64,000 bases of DNA from NCBI GenBank assembly GCA_030324005.1, contig JARDVH010000193.1, positions 29,256,371 to 29,320,370 on the forward strand, given 5' to 3'. This document shows positions 1 through 11,602 of this stretch, one piece after another. The notes beneath the pieces are model-generated. The model did not search any database. It had not been told where the DNA came from and saw only the letters and a list, made by a program, of their open reading frames with translations. Every line of letters begins with the position of its first letter. Within the stretch, counting starts at the first letter, position 1. Both the position numbers and the translations under genes were made by a program. The stretch comes from Negaprion brevirostris. Lineage: Eukaryota.

Positions 1-805
1 GGCAGAAAAGTGGCAGATGGAGTGTAACGCTGGTAAGTGCAAGGTGATTCATTCTGGTAGGACAAACTTAAATGGTGGCTTACAGGGTCAACGGCAAGGT
101 TCTGAGGAATGTGGAGGAACTAAGAGATCTTGGGGTTCATATCCACAGATCTCTGAAGGTTGCCACTCAAGTATATGGAGTTGTGAAGAAGGCTTGTAGT
201 GTGTTAGCGTTTATTAACCGGGGGTTTGAGTTTAAGAGCCGTGGGGTTATGCTGCAACTATATACGACTTTGGTGAGACCACATTTGGAATATTGTGTGC
301 AGTTCTGGTCACCTCACTATAAGAAGAATGGAAGCATTGAAGAGAGTGCAGAGGAGATTTACCAGGATGCTGCCAGGTTTGGAGGGTAGATCTTATGAGG
401 AAACGTTGAGGGAGCTGAGGCTTTTCTCTTTAGAGCAGAGGAGGATGAGAGGCGACTTAATAGAGATTTATAAGATGATGATAGATTGAGTGGACATGCA
501 GAGACTAATTCCTCAGATGGATATAGCTGTTACTAGGGGGCATAACTTTAAGGTTCATGGTGGGAGATATAAGAGGGATGTCCGAAGTAGATTCTTTACT
601 CAAAGAATGGCTGGGGTGTGGAATTCATTGCCTGCTATGATGATGGAGTCGGACACTTCAGGAACTTTTGAGCAGATATTGGATAGGTATGTGGAGCACA
701 CCAGATGATAGGGAGTGGGATAACTTGATCTTGGGTTCTGACATAGCTTGGCACAACATTGAGGGCCAAAGGGCCTGTACTATGCTGTACTGTACTACGT
801 TCTAT
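1..805 (+). mobile_element. CR1-clade LINE (HER1-like) 3' portion: ORF2 C-terminus plus 3' tail, degraded, cut by window start
   Basis: Peptides across frames: KWQMECNAGKCKVIH, RDLGVHIHRSLK, LQLYTTLVRPHLEYCVQFWSPHY, LKRVQRRFTRMLPGL, LFSLEQRRMRGDLIEIYK, TRGHNFK, RFFTQR..WNSLP. Tail GGGCCAAAGGGCCTGTAC..TTCTAT. Confidence 0.93.
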
Positions 806-1340
806 ATGGCCACATTTCCCCAATCCTCAATGCTGTTACCTTTCGTTTCAGAGATGTCCACCCACTCACAGTGAGAATGAGCCCTGCATTCACACTTGTA
901 CATTCTGGCCTCATGAATCACCAGGCTGTTATCTCTGCTTCTGTGGTGCCCTTGAACGCATTCAGTCTGGGAACTCCAAGTCCACTGAGGAATAAGAGCA
1001 ATGTGAGAGAAGAATAGAAGCTTTCTCTGCCATCCAATGATGCAAACAGTGCTGTGACTGATTTGAGGACACACCTGGTGATTTCCTGTTCCTGTGTAGA
1101 TCTTGTGTTCTGCCACCTACCACTGAAGGGACACAGATGCTACTAGAATATCAGTGCTGCTGAATAGCCCTTGAACTGGGGGAAAAGGTTTAGAAATGCT
1201 TGCATCATACATTTCAAATAAAGATGTAAACACTTCTCTCTGACATCACACAAGGAAGTGGAAACTAGTTTAATTGAGGTTCACACCATGTAAGTGTTAA
1301 TCTCACACTAATATTGGGTAGGAGATGGCTAAATCTTGAT

Positions 1341-1552
1341 GTAGAGATGCCAGCGTTGGATTGGGGTGGGCAGGGTAAGAAGTCTCACAACATCAGGCTC
1401 AAGTCCAACAGGTTTATTTGGAATCACAAGTTTTTGGAGCACTGCCCCTTCATCAAGTTCACTCACCTAAAGAAGGAGCAATGCATCAAAAACTTAATTT
1501 CAAGCTTCAAATAAACCTATTGGACTTTAATCTTGTGTTGTGAGATTTCTGA
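1341..1552. mobile_element. Penelope-like inverted-repeat (hairpin) element with 12-bp target-site duplication
   Basis: Arms ~1377-1458 and ~1465-1554 are reverse complements (TCTCACAACA..AAGTCCAACAGGTTTATTTG vs CAAATAAACCTATTGGACTT..TGTTGTGAGA). CTAAATCTTGAT occurs at 1329-1340 and 1553-1564. Confidence 0.75.
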
Positions 1553-1619
1553 CTAAATCTTGATACAAGAGGTTTAGCTTTGTAAAAATGACAACACCTT
1601 CAGTAGGCCAAACATTGGT

Positions 1620-3933
1620 AACCATTAAATGTATTCACAGAAATGCAATTTCATTACAGTGATAACACACCCGTGACATCGACATTTGTGAACTTACCGC
1701 TAATCCTGGGTGCAACCTGGTGACTGCTACCTCCTGAATTTGGCAGACATCCTCTGGTTCCTGAGCCCTGGAATGCCTTGGTCTGATCAGGGTCTCCTGC
1801 TCGGGTAGAAGCACTCTTGGCACCATGAGCTGGATTGAATGCAGTCACAGGCAGAAGGGAATGTGAGCAGCTATTTACCCCTCAGAGCATCCTTAGAGGA
1901 CGTCCCTGAGGGGTCCAGCTGATGCTCAGCCTTGCTGCGGGTGCTGGAGAGCCCCAGCCTGACTTGGCAGCTGGAGGGAGGTCAAGGTACCTGGTCCCCA
2001 TGTTGCCTAAATCCTGATGGTGGCCACCAGAGTGTGTGGCCATGGCGTGCATGACTAAGTGCAAATCTGACCTGCTGGACCAAGGTCTCCATGATTGATG
2101 GTCGCCAATCTTCCTATGGTGGACTTGAGGCCCTCACTTGTCAGAGCCACAATGTCAGACAGAATGAAGGCAGACTCCTGCATTGTTTGCTTGAATTTGT
2201 TGAGTACCTGTTGAATCCATACTTAATTTTCCATGTCACTTGTCACTGCATCCCCAGTATTGAATGGGCAGGCTCTTCCAGAGGCCCATCATCTAACTGG
2301 GACTGAGCGGCTAGCTGGCCTCCAGCAGCCCTTCGAATGCCAAAGACCTGGGCTGTCCCTGTTTCTGACTGTTGCGGGGACGTGTAAATGAGTTGCACTC
2401 CAGAAAGTGAGCCTGAGCTGAATCAAGAGCTGTGCCTGACAGAGGTGCATCTCTGCACTGGTGGAGGGCACGGGTGAGGGCTGTGATGATTCTTCCAGCG
2501 TTTTGTCTTCGGTCATAGCCTGGGTGCTCAGAATGGTGCTCAGCTGCTTCCTGGGTCTCGATCTGCGGGTGCCTTGAAAATAGAGCATAGTTTCAGTTGT
2601 TGAGAATGAGCTAAATAAGGCTGCATGTCACTCACCATGATTGTCAGCATTTGATGATATGATGGTGCTGCCGATCCCTCCTTTCCCACAAGAGTGGCCC
2701 CTGTCCTCCCCAGCCAGCTCGCTTGCAGTTTCCTTTAAATTCATGAGGGCAATAATTTCAGCTGTCCGCCCCCTGCTTCATGACATTCCATACCTGTTGT
2801 TTGCCAATGTGACCTGTGTGAAGATAGGCTTGTGATAAGGAGGTTGGGTAGGATGTTCATGTTCCCTGTGTGTGATGAACCCTTCCCAGAAGGGCCAGAG
2901 GATAGGGTATGAGCAACAAGACAGATGGGATGGACATGTTGCGCAAGTCTCCATGAGGGAATGAGTGTTGAAAGCTGTTAGCCGTTAATTGATGTATGAG
3001 ACCCATGATGGGAGTAGCTTTCTGAGTACACGGTGATATTGAAAGGAGGTGTGAAATGAGGGGCATAGAACCATAGAATGCCTAAATGTGGAAAGAGACT
3101 GTCTGGCCCATCGAGTCTGCACCAACTCTCCAAAAGAGCAACCCACCCAGGTCATCCGCTCTGGCCCTATCACCATAACCCCGCATATTTCCGATGGCTA
3201 ATCCACCTAACCTACACGCCCAAGGGGCAATTTAACATGGCCAATCAACCTAACCTGAACATGTTTGGACTGAGGGAGGAAACCAGACCACCTGGAGCAA
3301 ACCCACACAGCCACGGGGAGAATTGTGCAAACTCCACACAGTCACCCAAGGCTGGAATCGAAGTTTCGTCCCTGGCACTGAGACATCAGTGCTAACTATT
3401 GTGCCACAGATGAGATCATTATTCTCTTCCTGCAAAGGCTGCAATTTCGTACATAGTTGCTGGCTGCTCTGACCTTCTCTGCTATGGCCTCCCAGGCTGG
3501 ACATGTGAGGTTAGTGTGCTTCCTAGAGATTCAACCCTGAGATACAGGACATGCCTGTGCGCCCACAATCCTCTGAGCAAGGCCTCAAGGGTTGAATGGG
3601 TGAAGCGAGGTATTGCCGTCTTTTTCAGGCTGCAAGCCTTGTTTTTTCGGTTGCCAGACACCTATGACAGTTCCTGAAGACAGATGGGCTGAGGACTGAG
3701 AGATGTATGTGTTAAACTGGTGTTTAAAATATGGTGGACAGACGCCTGAACCCAGCATCTGATACCAGGCTTACAAATCAGCTCCCGACCACCAGATGAT
3801 TAGGCCTGACACTCACCTTTAGATAAGTAATGAGCTTCCAAGTGCAGAGTTCCTGCCGTTCTGCCCAGTAAGGTGGGCGTTACAAAAACCACTTGCCACT
3901 GTTACTTAGTCTCATCCATGGCAAATCCCGCCC
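1620..3933 (-). mobile_element. Decayed PIF/Harbinger-type DNA transposon carrying a spliced Myb/SANT-like (MSANTD/NAIF1-like) gene fossil; left boundary approximate
   Basis: Minus-strand ~3625-3411 reads KKTAIPRFTHSTLEALL..RHVLY / NLTCPAWEAIAEKV..CRKR.NDL. Exon 2813-2636 reads VTLANNRYGMS*SRGR..ELAGEDRGHSCG. Next exon from 2572 has SQPSPVPSTSAE. TIR-like AAATCCCGCCC at 3923-3933. Confidence 0.72.
3064..3407 (-). mobile_element. HE1-like V-SINE (tRNA head, V-domain, CR1/HER1-type tail), inserted in the Harbinger fossil
   Basis: Minus strand has head GTGGCACAATAGTTAGCACTG, V-domain GTGTGGAGTTTGCAC..CTCCCCGTG..GGTTT, and a tail ending in TTCTATG repeats. Confidence 0.88.
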
Positions 3934-3936
3934 AGG

Positions 3937-4016
3937 AAGTTCTGGAAATACTCAATGGGTCAGACTGCACCCGTGGAGAGAGTAAGAGTTAAGATTCTGA
4001 GTTGAATATGACTCTA
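3937..4016. mobile_element. Penelope-like terminal repeat half-arm fragment
   Basis: CTGGAAATACTCAATGGGTCAGACTGCACCCGTGGAGAGAG resembles the left arm of the 60852-61048 hairpin. Confidence 0.5.
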
Positions 4017-4169
4017 TAAGGATGGAATTGGTTTTCTGAATTTTTGGCCACATTCCTGAATGTCATAGTTCACTTTTCCTTTTTAAGTACTGCAGGTTTT
4101 AATGAATGTTCCAGTCAATATTACATGGATAACTTGTGAATGAAGCTGAGTACCAGGGTAACCTTTGCC

Positions 4170-4412
4170 AAATGTATATATGTGTCTGAGGTCACATACC
4201 AGCCGACTCAAAAACAGCTTCTTCCCTGCTGCCATCAGACATTTGAATGGACTCACCTTGCNNNNNNNNNNNNNNNNNNNNNNNNNNNNNNNNNNNNNNN
4301 NNNNNNNNNNNNNNNNNNNNNNNTTTCTCGATGAGCGGTATGCTTTGTCTGCATAGTGCACAAGAAACAGTACTTTTCACTGTATACTAATACATGTGAT
4401 AATAAATCAAAA
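4170..4412 (+). mobile_element. Rex1/Babar-type LINE 3' end (contains N-gap)
   Basis: LRSHTSRLKNSFFPAAIRHLN C-terminal motif. Tail CAAGAAACAGTACTTTTCACTGTATACTAATACATGTGATAATAAATCAAA is shared with four other copies in the window. Confidence 0.82.
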
Positions 4413-4929
4413 AAGAACAAAATCTCTGCTTTCAATCCATGGTGGTGCTATTTGTGAGATTCTCAGCTCATTCACAGCAGACTTTTATTGTGCAGTTTTG
4501 TATGTCTTGGTCAATTGGATCGCTTGTGGCTATTGATCTAATAGGCCAAATGCGTGATTGTCTTTGCCAGTGATGGTCTTTACTGATTGAGTAAAATGCA
4601 TACTGAATTGGGGAATTGAGTCCCTTTTCACACAGAATGTCCCCTCTTTATCACCAATACTCCATTTTTGTAAGCTGTGCTTGGTATTTTCAGCAAATCT
4701 CCTTTTAACACCATGAACCTTGAATTGCATTTTGGGCTTGAAGATGTGCTTCTTGGTTGAAGCACAGAAGAAGTAGTTTGACAGGGAGGATATTTCTGTG
4801 GACAGCGAAGCTTAGCTGCGAACGATTACTAGCATAACACATTTCCTGCATGTCAAAGAAACTGACTCCACATCAATCCTGCAACTTTGCGATTGTGGAA
4901 TGGAATCCGAGAGAAGCAGAATGAGTTAG

Positions 4930-5501
4930 TGAACAGCAAGAAATTGAAGTTGTACTGCTGTTGCATAGAACTTCAGTTAGACTGCACCTTGGAGTACAGC
5001 ATTCGGCTCTGGGCACTGCATCTTGTAAAGACTGGATTGGTGTTGGAGGGTGTGCAGGGCAGTCACCAGTTGGCTACTTAAAGGTTGAATTACAAGGACA
5101 GGATCCATAGATTAGGCTTGTATTTCCTTGAATGTAGAAGATTTTAAGAGTTGACCTGACTGAGGTGTTGAAGGTGTGATGAGGTGGATGGAAAGAAGTT
5201 GCTTATTCTGGCGGGGTGTCCAAAAGTATGGGGCACACCAATGAAATGAAAACTAGGCCATTTGGGTAAAATTGGAAAGACTTCTTAATGCAACAGATTG
5301 AAAATCTGGAACATACTCCTGCAGAAAACTGCTGAGGCTGGGTTAATTGAACATCTCAAAAGTAGGATTGACATGTTTTTGTCAGGGAAGTGTGGTGAGG
5401 GGGAAGGAACCCACGCGAGTAACTTAAGATTTAGATCAGACATGAGCTAATTGAATGGTGGAGGAGGCTTGAGTGGGTGAATGGCCAATTCCTTATTTCC
5501 T
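4930..5501 (+). mobile_element. Old CR1 LINE 3' fragment
   Basis: LEYSIRLWALHL..LEGVQ, LGLYFLE.RR..DLTEV remnants. Tail GATCAGACATGAGCTAATTGAATGGTGGAGGAGGCTTGAG..GAATGGCC. Confidence 0.7.
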
Positions 5502-5661
5502 CGAAGCTTCTTTAAGGCGCAAAAGAAACTGAATTTGAAACCAAGTACTTCAAAGTTATGAGTAGTGTTTTTGTGCAAAAATGTAGCTTCAGTTGCCGCG
5601 TGCAGCAACCCATGTTGTAACACACAGTCGTATTCAAACTCCTTAAAGGCCCGATCTTAAG

Positions 5662-5957
5662 ATTTATGTTTATCCGTGTCACAAGCAGGTTTACATACAC
5701 ACTGCAATGAAGTTACTGTGAAAACCCCCTAGTTAATGCACTCCTGCGCCTGTTCGGGTACACCAAGGGAGAATTTACCATGGCCAGTACACCTAACCAG
5801 CATATCTTTCAGTCTGAGGGATGAAACAGAAGCACCCAGAGGAAATCCATGCAGACACGGTGAAAATGTACAACTCCGCTCAGACAGTGATCCAAGACGG
5901 GAATCAATCCCAGGTCCCTCGTACTGTGAGGCAGAATTGCTAACCACTGTGCCGCCC
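5662..5957 (-). mobile_element. V-SINE with alternative (type B) tail
   Basis: Head GGGCGGCACAGTGGTTAGCA and V-domain. Tail reads TAGGGGTTTTCACAGTAACTTCATTGCAGTG..CTTGTGACAC on minus. Confidence 0.85.
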
Positions 5958-6960
5958 TTAATAAGCCACACTAATCCTAATAAGCTGCACTGATCTTAAT
6001 ACTAGTTCTTAATTAGCTACACTGTTTTCAGTAGGTTTAGAAGGATTTTCACAATACATTGTTTCCTGAAAGTTATATAGTTTTATACACTTTTAAAAGA
6101 GTAGGATGTCAAATTAAATTGAAGTGATAATGGGATGCTGTTCTTTTGTTCTCGACTAAACTTCTGAAAATGGATGTGACTGATTAAGAGCATGGGCTCC
6201 AAACCAACGAGTACAGTCCCCTTTACGCTCTGTGTGTGTCAAAAGCAGTGGAAGATCCAACAGCAAGCCTGTGGCATGCAGTGTCTGATAGAGAGAACCA
6301 GGCTGCCGGTTAGCAAGAGCAGTTATCCTCTGTACCCAATTCAGAGATGAAAACAAAGCTAGCAGAGTACCTACAGCAATGGCTTTTGAAGATTTTATTC
6401 ACATCTTTTGCGTTGTAAGCTTTCTATGAATCTTAAGAACCGTAACATTAGTTGTAAACAAAGCCTTTTTTGTTTTGATGTCTTTTTGGAGTTGAGCTGG
6501 ATCTTGATGATGGGATATTGGCACTGAGTCAGTTCCTTGTGTCAGCCACAGTAACATGATACCTGAGCTGGCCAGGTCCACTGTACTCTAGGCTGCCAGT
6601 GCTGTTTGACCAGTCGGTTCAGTTCGCCAATAGGACTTGAGACTTTAGGAATAAAGCAATTCCTAAGGAATAAATTTCTTCTCTTGAGTGGCTTAAAATC
6701 TCGCAAATCTAACCCTAATAAGGACAGGGACCCTTACTGGACAAATAGTGGACTGTGCTGCTAATCTATGATTGGTTAAAACCTTGTTGTATCCATACAT
6801 ACACTTGGGTCTCCCAAACCTTTGCCATTCTAACTCTCTTAGAACTTACAGCCCTAACAGAGAGAATGTACACTCCATCTTAGGCAAATAAAAACTTCTC
6901 TGTATGTGATTCTTTCAGTTATTTGCCTTGGATGCCCACCCTTAGAGTTTAAAAGTATTT

Positions 6961-7267
6961 TTTAAAATTTATTTGTTAGTGTCACAAGTAGGCTTACATT
7001 AACACTGCAATGAAGTTACCATGAAAATCCCCTAGTTGCCATTCTCCAACGCCAGTTTGGGTACACTGAGAGAGAATTTAACATGGCCAGTGCACCTAAC
7101 CAGCACTTTCAGATTGTGAGAGGAAACCAGAGCACCCAGAGGAAACCCACGCAAACATGGGGAGAACGTGCAGACTCCACTCACGACAGTGACCTATGCT
7201 GGGAATGGAACCTGGGTCCCTGGCACTGTGAGGCAGCAGTGATAAGCACTGTGTCACTGTACTGCCC
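6961..7267 (-). mobile_element. V-SINE with type B tail
   Basis: Head, V-domain, and tail GGGGATTTTCATGGTAACTTCATTGCAGTGTTAATGTAAGCCTACTTGTGACACTAAC on minus. Confidence 0.88.
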
Positions 7268-9340
7268 TGAGTTGAGATGGGTTTCCTCAAATTTCAAACT
7301 AAGGCTGACCCTCAGAAAAATTAGTAAGTAGTTCTTCTGGTAATTCATGTGATCGAGGTACCCTACATCTCAAAGATATGTTAACCTTTTGACGAGAAAT
7401 CATGTGCGTGTATGTTTATGCACCATTGTAATTAGATTTTCAGCACTAGTTCTGTTACTGTGATTGAAAGATATTGGTGTCAGAAGTTTGATGCTGTTGT
7501 ACTTTGTAAACACAGGTTTTCCCGTTAAATGGCAGAGTCTTCTGAAAATGATCAAGTATCATGCACGAACAAAATGCAATCTTTAGGAAATCACCTATTG
7601 TACACTGACTAATACTTCCCAGCAATAAAGTGGAGATTATTTTTGATAAACTTGCCATGATTTCTTCACAAGCATTAATTTTTCACTGTGGCTTTTAACC
7701 CTTTAGAGTGCATTTGCTGTTTAATGTCCATCAGGAAATCGGGTGTAAAATTGTGTAAAATCCCCTTAAGTAAATATATCAGAAATATACTTTTATGTTA
7801 TGAAATGATATTAAAGTAGCAATCTCAGGTGATGGTAACAGGATTTCAGATGATGATTATATATTGCTCTTGCAATTTGACATTTGAACCTGCCTATAAT
7901 GACTCCATGTATTCACTTCTTCATGTATCTGCTTGGAAAATACATGAATATTAAGGGTTGACTCAACTAGTCAAACCTGAAGTAATATTTAAATGCATGC
8001 AACTAGTATTTAGATTTCTCTTTCAAAAAATAGATTATTGTGTATCAGAATTAGATTATATTTTTAAGAATATGAACAGTTCTTTAAGTTCTCCAGTCAA
8101 CATATTAATGATTTGGTAGCAATGTACGTTTCCTGTTTGTTGCATTTGATCTCCATTGTTAGATAGACACTAACTTGCATTATCTTTAAAATGAGAAACA
8201 TTTGATATATTCAGTGAAATTCTAAAACCAGTAAATGAACCTGGAAACTATGCATTTCCTATCGTACAACAGTGTATTTGTCTGTAAAGTGCTTTTGGAA
8301 ATCCTGAGATGATGAAAAGTACAATATAATTGCAAGCTTATTTTTCTTAAAAAAAATTGAAGGGAAATCAAGTCCATGGCTTTGCTGTAAAGAGGTAAAC
8401 AAAAGGAATGCAGAGTGGAGCCTGGTGGGTACATTGCAAAGCATGTTAAGAGATGAATAAATTCATCACTTCAGGGCAATCATTAATGAGTTTTGAGTGT
8501 TAACGGAACTTTTCAGATCCAGTTCAGTTAGAAAAGGGATTTAAATCATGTAGACAGTGTTTTGCAAAGACAACACAATGCTTATGATCCTATTCACATT
8601 TGGGACCCAAGATGCCTAATGTGTTTATACCTACCTATATTTCATTACTCAGGTACAGTTGGAACCCAGGCAATATAAGAACACAAAATGTCTGCTTAGG
8701 TTCCATGATATTGGGGTTAACCCAGCTGTAAGCTCTGCGACTAGAAGTGGAGTCAGTCTGTGCCCCTAAAGGAAATTGTAATTTCAATTCAGTTTAATTG
8801 ATAAAAAAAATTGGAGAATGAATCCTTTTACTCCAGGTGACATCCTCCATCTTCTATGCACATCACACTAATAGCAGCAACTGTAAACAAGTCATCCATG
8901 GAAATAATGTAAGTGTTGAAATTGCTTCATTACTTGTATGTAATGTGCATAAATGACAATTGAAATTCTGAACACCACTGTACTGTGTATGTGCATGTGC
9001 ATACATTTTTTTGCAGATGGGTGCTGTGCACAGTTTTGTGCTCCAGATATGTATGTGCAGCTACAGCTAGGAACTTGATTCATTGGTCCTTCTCATTTTA
9101 CAATCATGTCAACTCCTCATTGGATTGGATGAGCAGTGGAAAATTTAACCTAGCCTATTGCATGTCAGTTGTGGTGAACTGAGACTCTTTGTAGTCTAAC
9201 ATTTAGGACTCTTGAAGTCCAAAAGCTTTTTGGTTGAATACAAGGGCCTGTTAAAAGCTACTACATTTCTCAAAGTGTCTTTGGAGAATCCATAGCAAAT
9301 GCAAAATGCTGTTCACCAAAAAAGCCTACAGCGATAATCA

Positions 9341-9665
9341 AAGGAACGTAGAAGCTGGAGTGGTTGCAGTAGCTCAGAAATCCAGCCCCTTTTACCTCCT
9401 TTGTCATTCAATCAGATTGTGGCTAATCTGTAGCTCAGTTCCATTTGATCCATACACAGGGATGCTTCGATTATCTTACCTAACACACAACTCTGAAGTT
9501 AGTCTTCAATTTCAATTGACCCAGTATCCAAAGCTTTTTAGCAAAGGCAGTACGAAATTTCCACTATTATTACATGGGAAAAAGTACTTCCTGAATTCAC
9601 TAGATTGAATTTTAAGATTCCACCACCTTTCTTTATTTTAGGAATCTCCCAATAAAAGAAGTACT
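9341..9665 (-). mobile_element. Old CR1 3' UTR/tail fragment
   Basis: CATTCAATCAGATTGTGGCTAATCTG..CAATTGACCC..TTCCTGAATTCAC resembles the reverse complement of the CR1 tails at 5440-5500 and 20400-20620. Confidence 0.5.
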
Positions 9666-9826
9666 TTCCTCGGAAAAAGTAGTTCAAAACTAATTTGAAG
9701 AAGATGGATGAGGTCGCTGAAATCTGTCCCCATTTCCTAGATGATCTAGTGTGTGAAGATTCTAATTTCAGTTCCTTGCCTGCTCTGGGTTACATGATTT
9801 CGGTTAAGGTAATTGGGCTACTTAGC

Positions 9827-10177
9827 TTTTTTTATCATTCATTCATGGGACATGGGTGTTGCTGGCTGGCCAGCACTTATTGCCCATCCCTAATTGCCCT
9901 TGGCGGGCAGATGAGAGTCAACCACATTGCTATGGCTCTGGAGGCACATGTAGGCCAGATGAGGTAAAGATGGCAGACTTCTTTCCCTGAAGGACATTAG
10001 TGAACCAGATGGGATTTTCCGATAATCAACAATGGTTTCATGGTCACTAGTAGATTATTAATTCTAGATTTTTTTTATTGAACTCAAATTCCACCAGCTC
10101 CATGCCGGGTCCCCAGAACATTAGCTGAGTTTCTGGATTAATAGTCTAGCGATAATATCACTAGGCCATCGCTTCCC
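9827..10177 (-). mobile_element. tRNA-derived SINE, second family (also at 39588 and 63231)
   Basis: Minus head GGGAAGCGATGGCCTAGTG, core TCTGGTTCACTAATGTCCTTCAGGGAA..CTGGCCTACATGTG, tail GGGCAATTAGGGATGGGCAATAAGTGCTGGCC. Confidence 0.85.
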
Positions 10178-11430
10178 TCACAGCTGCCCTAAGTACCTCT
10201 TGGCTAGGAATGGAAGATCCAGTCAGGTTGTGCACTCCTTTTCAGTGATCTTACTGGGATTACAATTGTTCAGATGTGTGGTGGAAACAACATCAGACCT
10301 GGGCTATTTGACCAAAGGGGGCAGTCTAGCTATCAGCACTCTCTGGCTAAACTTGCAAATCTAAATGCTTGGTTGAGGAGAGCTGTCATCCAGAGTGGAC
10401 CATATGTCAGCAAAGTTGGTGCTTTTGGAAGATGGAGAGGGAAAATTGGGTGAAGGATTGAAGAGAGAAAACACAATGTCTATTTTCATCATAACCACAA
10501 ACATTAGCTTTGGTGAAAAGTTTAATAAAGACAAGTGAAAGTGATAAAATAGTTTAACAATTGTGACTTTAAATAAAGGAATTGCTTGTAAACAGTGTGA
10601 TATTAAAACTGTCTCAGTACTGTGTATTTTTTACTGTAATTTGTTGACCATAAAGCAGTCACCACAGCCCCCGAAACTTAATTTTTTTGTAAATCACAGA
10701 TATTTTTGGAGTAGAGTTCAGGTGTATTATTACTGCCATTATATTGTTGGAAATTAGCAACATGATTTTCGTCCATTCAAAACAGTAGGAATGCAATACC
10801 GCATGGAACTATTGTGCGCAACAATATATCACCTCCACCAGCTTACTCTGCCATTGTTAGTGGTGAGAAAGTTGTTAGGAACTTACAGTATGTACCACGC
10901 ACATTTGGTGCTCTGCTCAGGCTCCATTGTTTGCGTTGGGCCATGTGCCACAGTGTATCCAAAGACAAAAAAAAGGCAAATGTTTCATTGTTGCAAGTTT
11001 TGGAGAACAAAAGCATGGGACAATAATCTGATCCCTGCAGAATCTTGTGTGGAATAAAGGACAGATTTTTAAATGAAGAGAATTTGCAGAGCTGCACAAC
11101 ATTGTCTTGTTACAGATATTCTCAGCCGCTTTCCTGTGAGCAATAGCTGGCTATTCTGATTAAATGAACTCTGGAACAACGGTGACATCTCAGACCAAAT
11201 GAAGCCAGAAATGCAATATGTCACTGTGTTGACAATGGGCTGATATTCTACCCACTACATAGGCTTGTGGTCACAAGCCAGGTTCACATGCTGGGAAAAG
11301 TTTACATTTTTGCACCTAAATATTTGCATCTGCTTATTCTTCCATGGAGCTTGCTGTTCATTGCCTAAGAAGTCCTATTAGTCATGAATTCTCTTTTGAA
11401 GGACAAATCAGTAGTTTTTGCCTATTGATT

Positions 11431-11602
11431 TAAGAATGTAATAGAAGAAGGAATGGAGACCACATGGCCATCAAGCTAGTTCTGCCATTCAGTGTGCTTA
11501 TGGTCGATCTTGGGCTTCAACTCCATTTTCCTGCCCGTTCCCCATATCCCTTAATTTCCTGAGAGACCCAAAATCTGTCAATCCCAGCCTTAAATGTATT
11601 CA
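11431..11602 (-). mobile_element. CR1 3' tail fragment
   Basis: CTGCCATTCAGTGTGCTTATGGTCGATCT..CCCCATATCCCTT..AAAATCTGTCAATCCCAGCCTTAAATGTATTCA is a typical reverse-complement CR1 end. Confidence 0.7.

Noticed and set aside
807-1200. Possible HARBI1-like nuclease C-terminus belonging to the Harbinger fossil
   Set aside because: Only a vague CFCGALE resemblance to CCALHN; not supportable without alignment.
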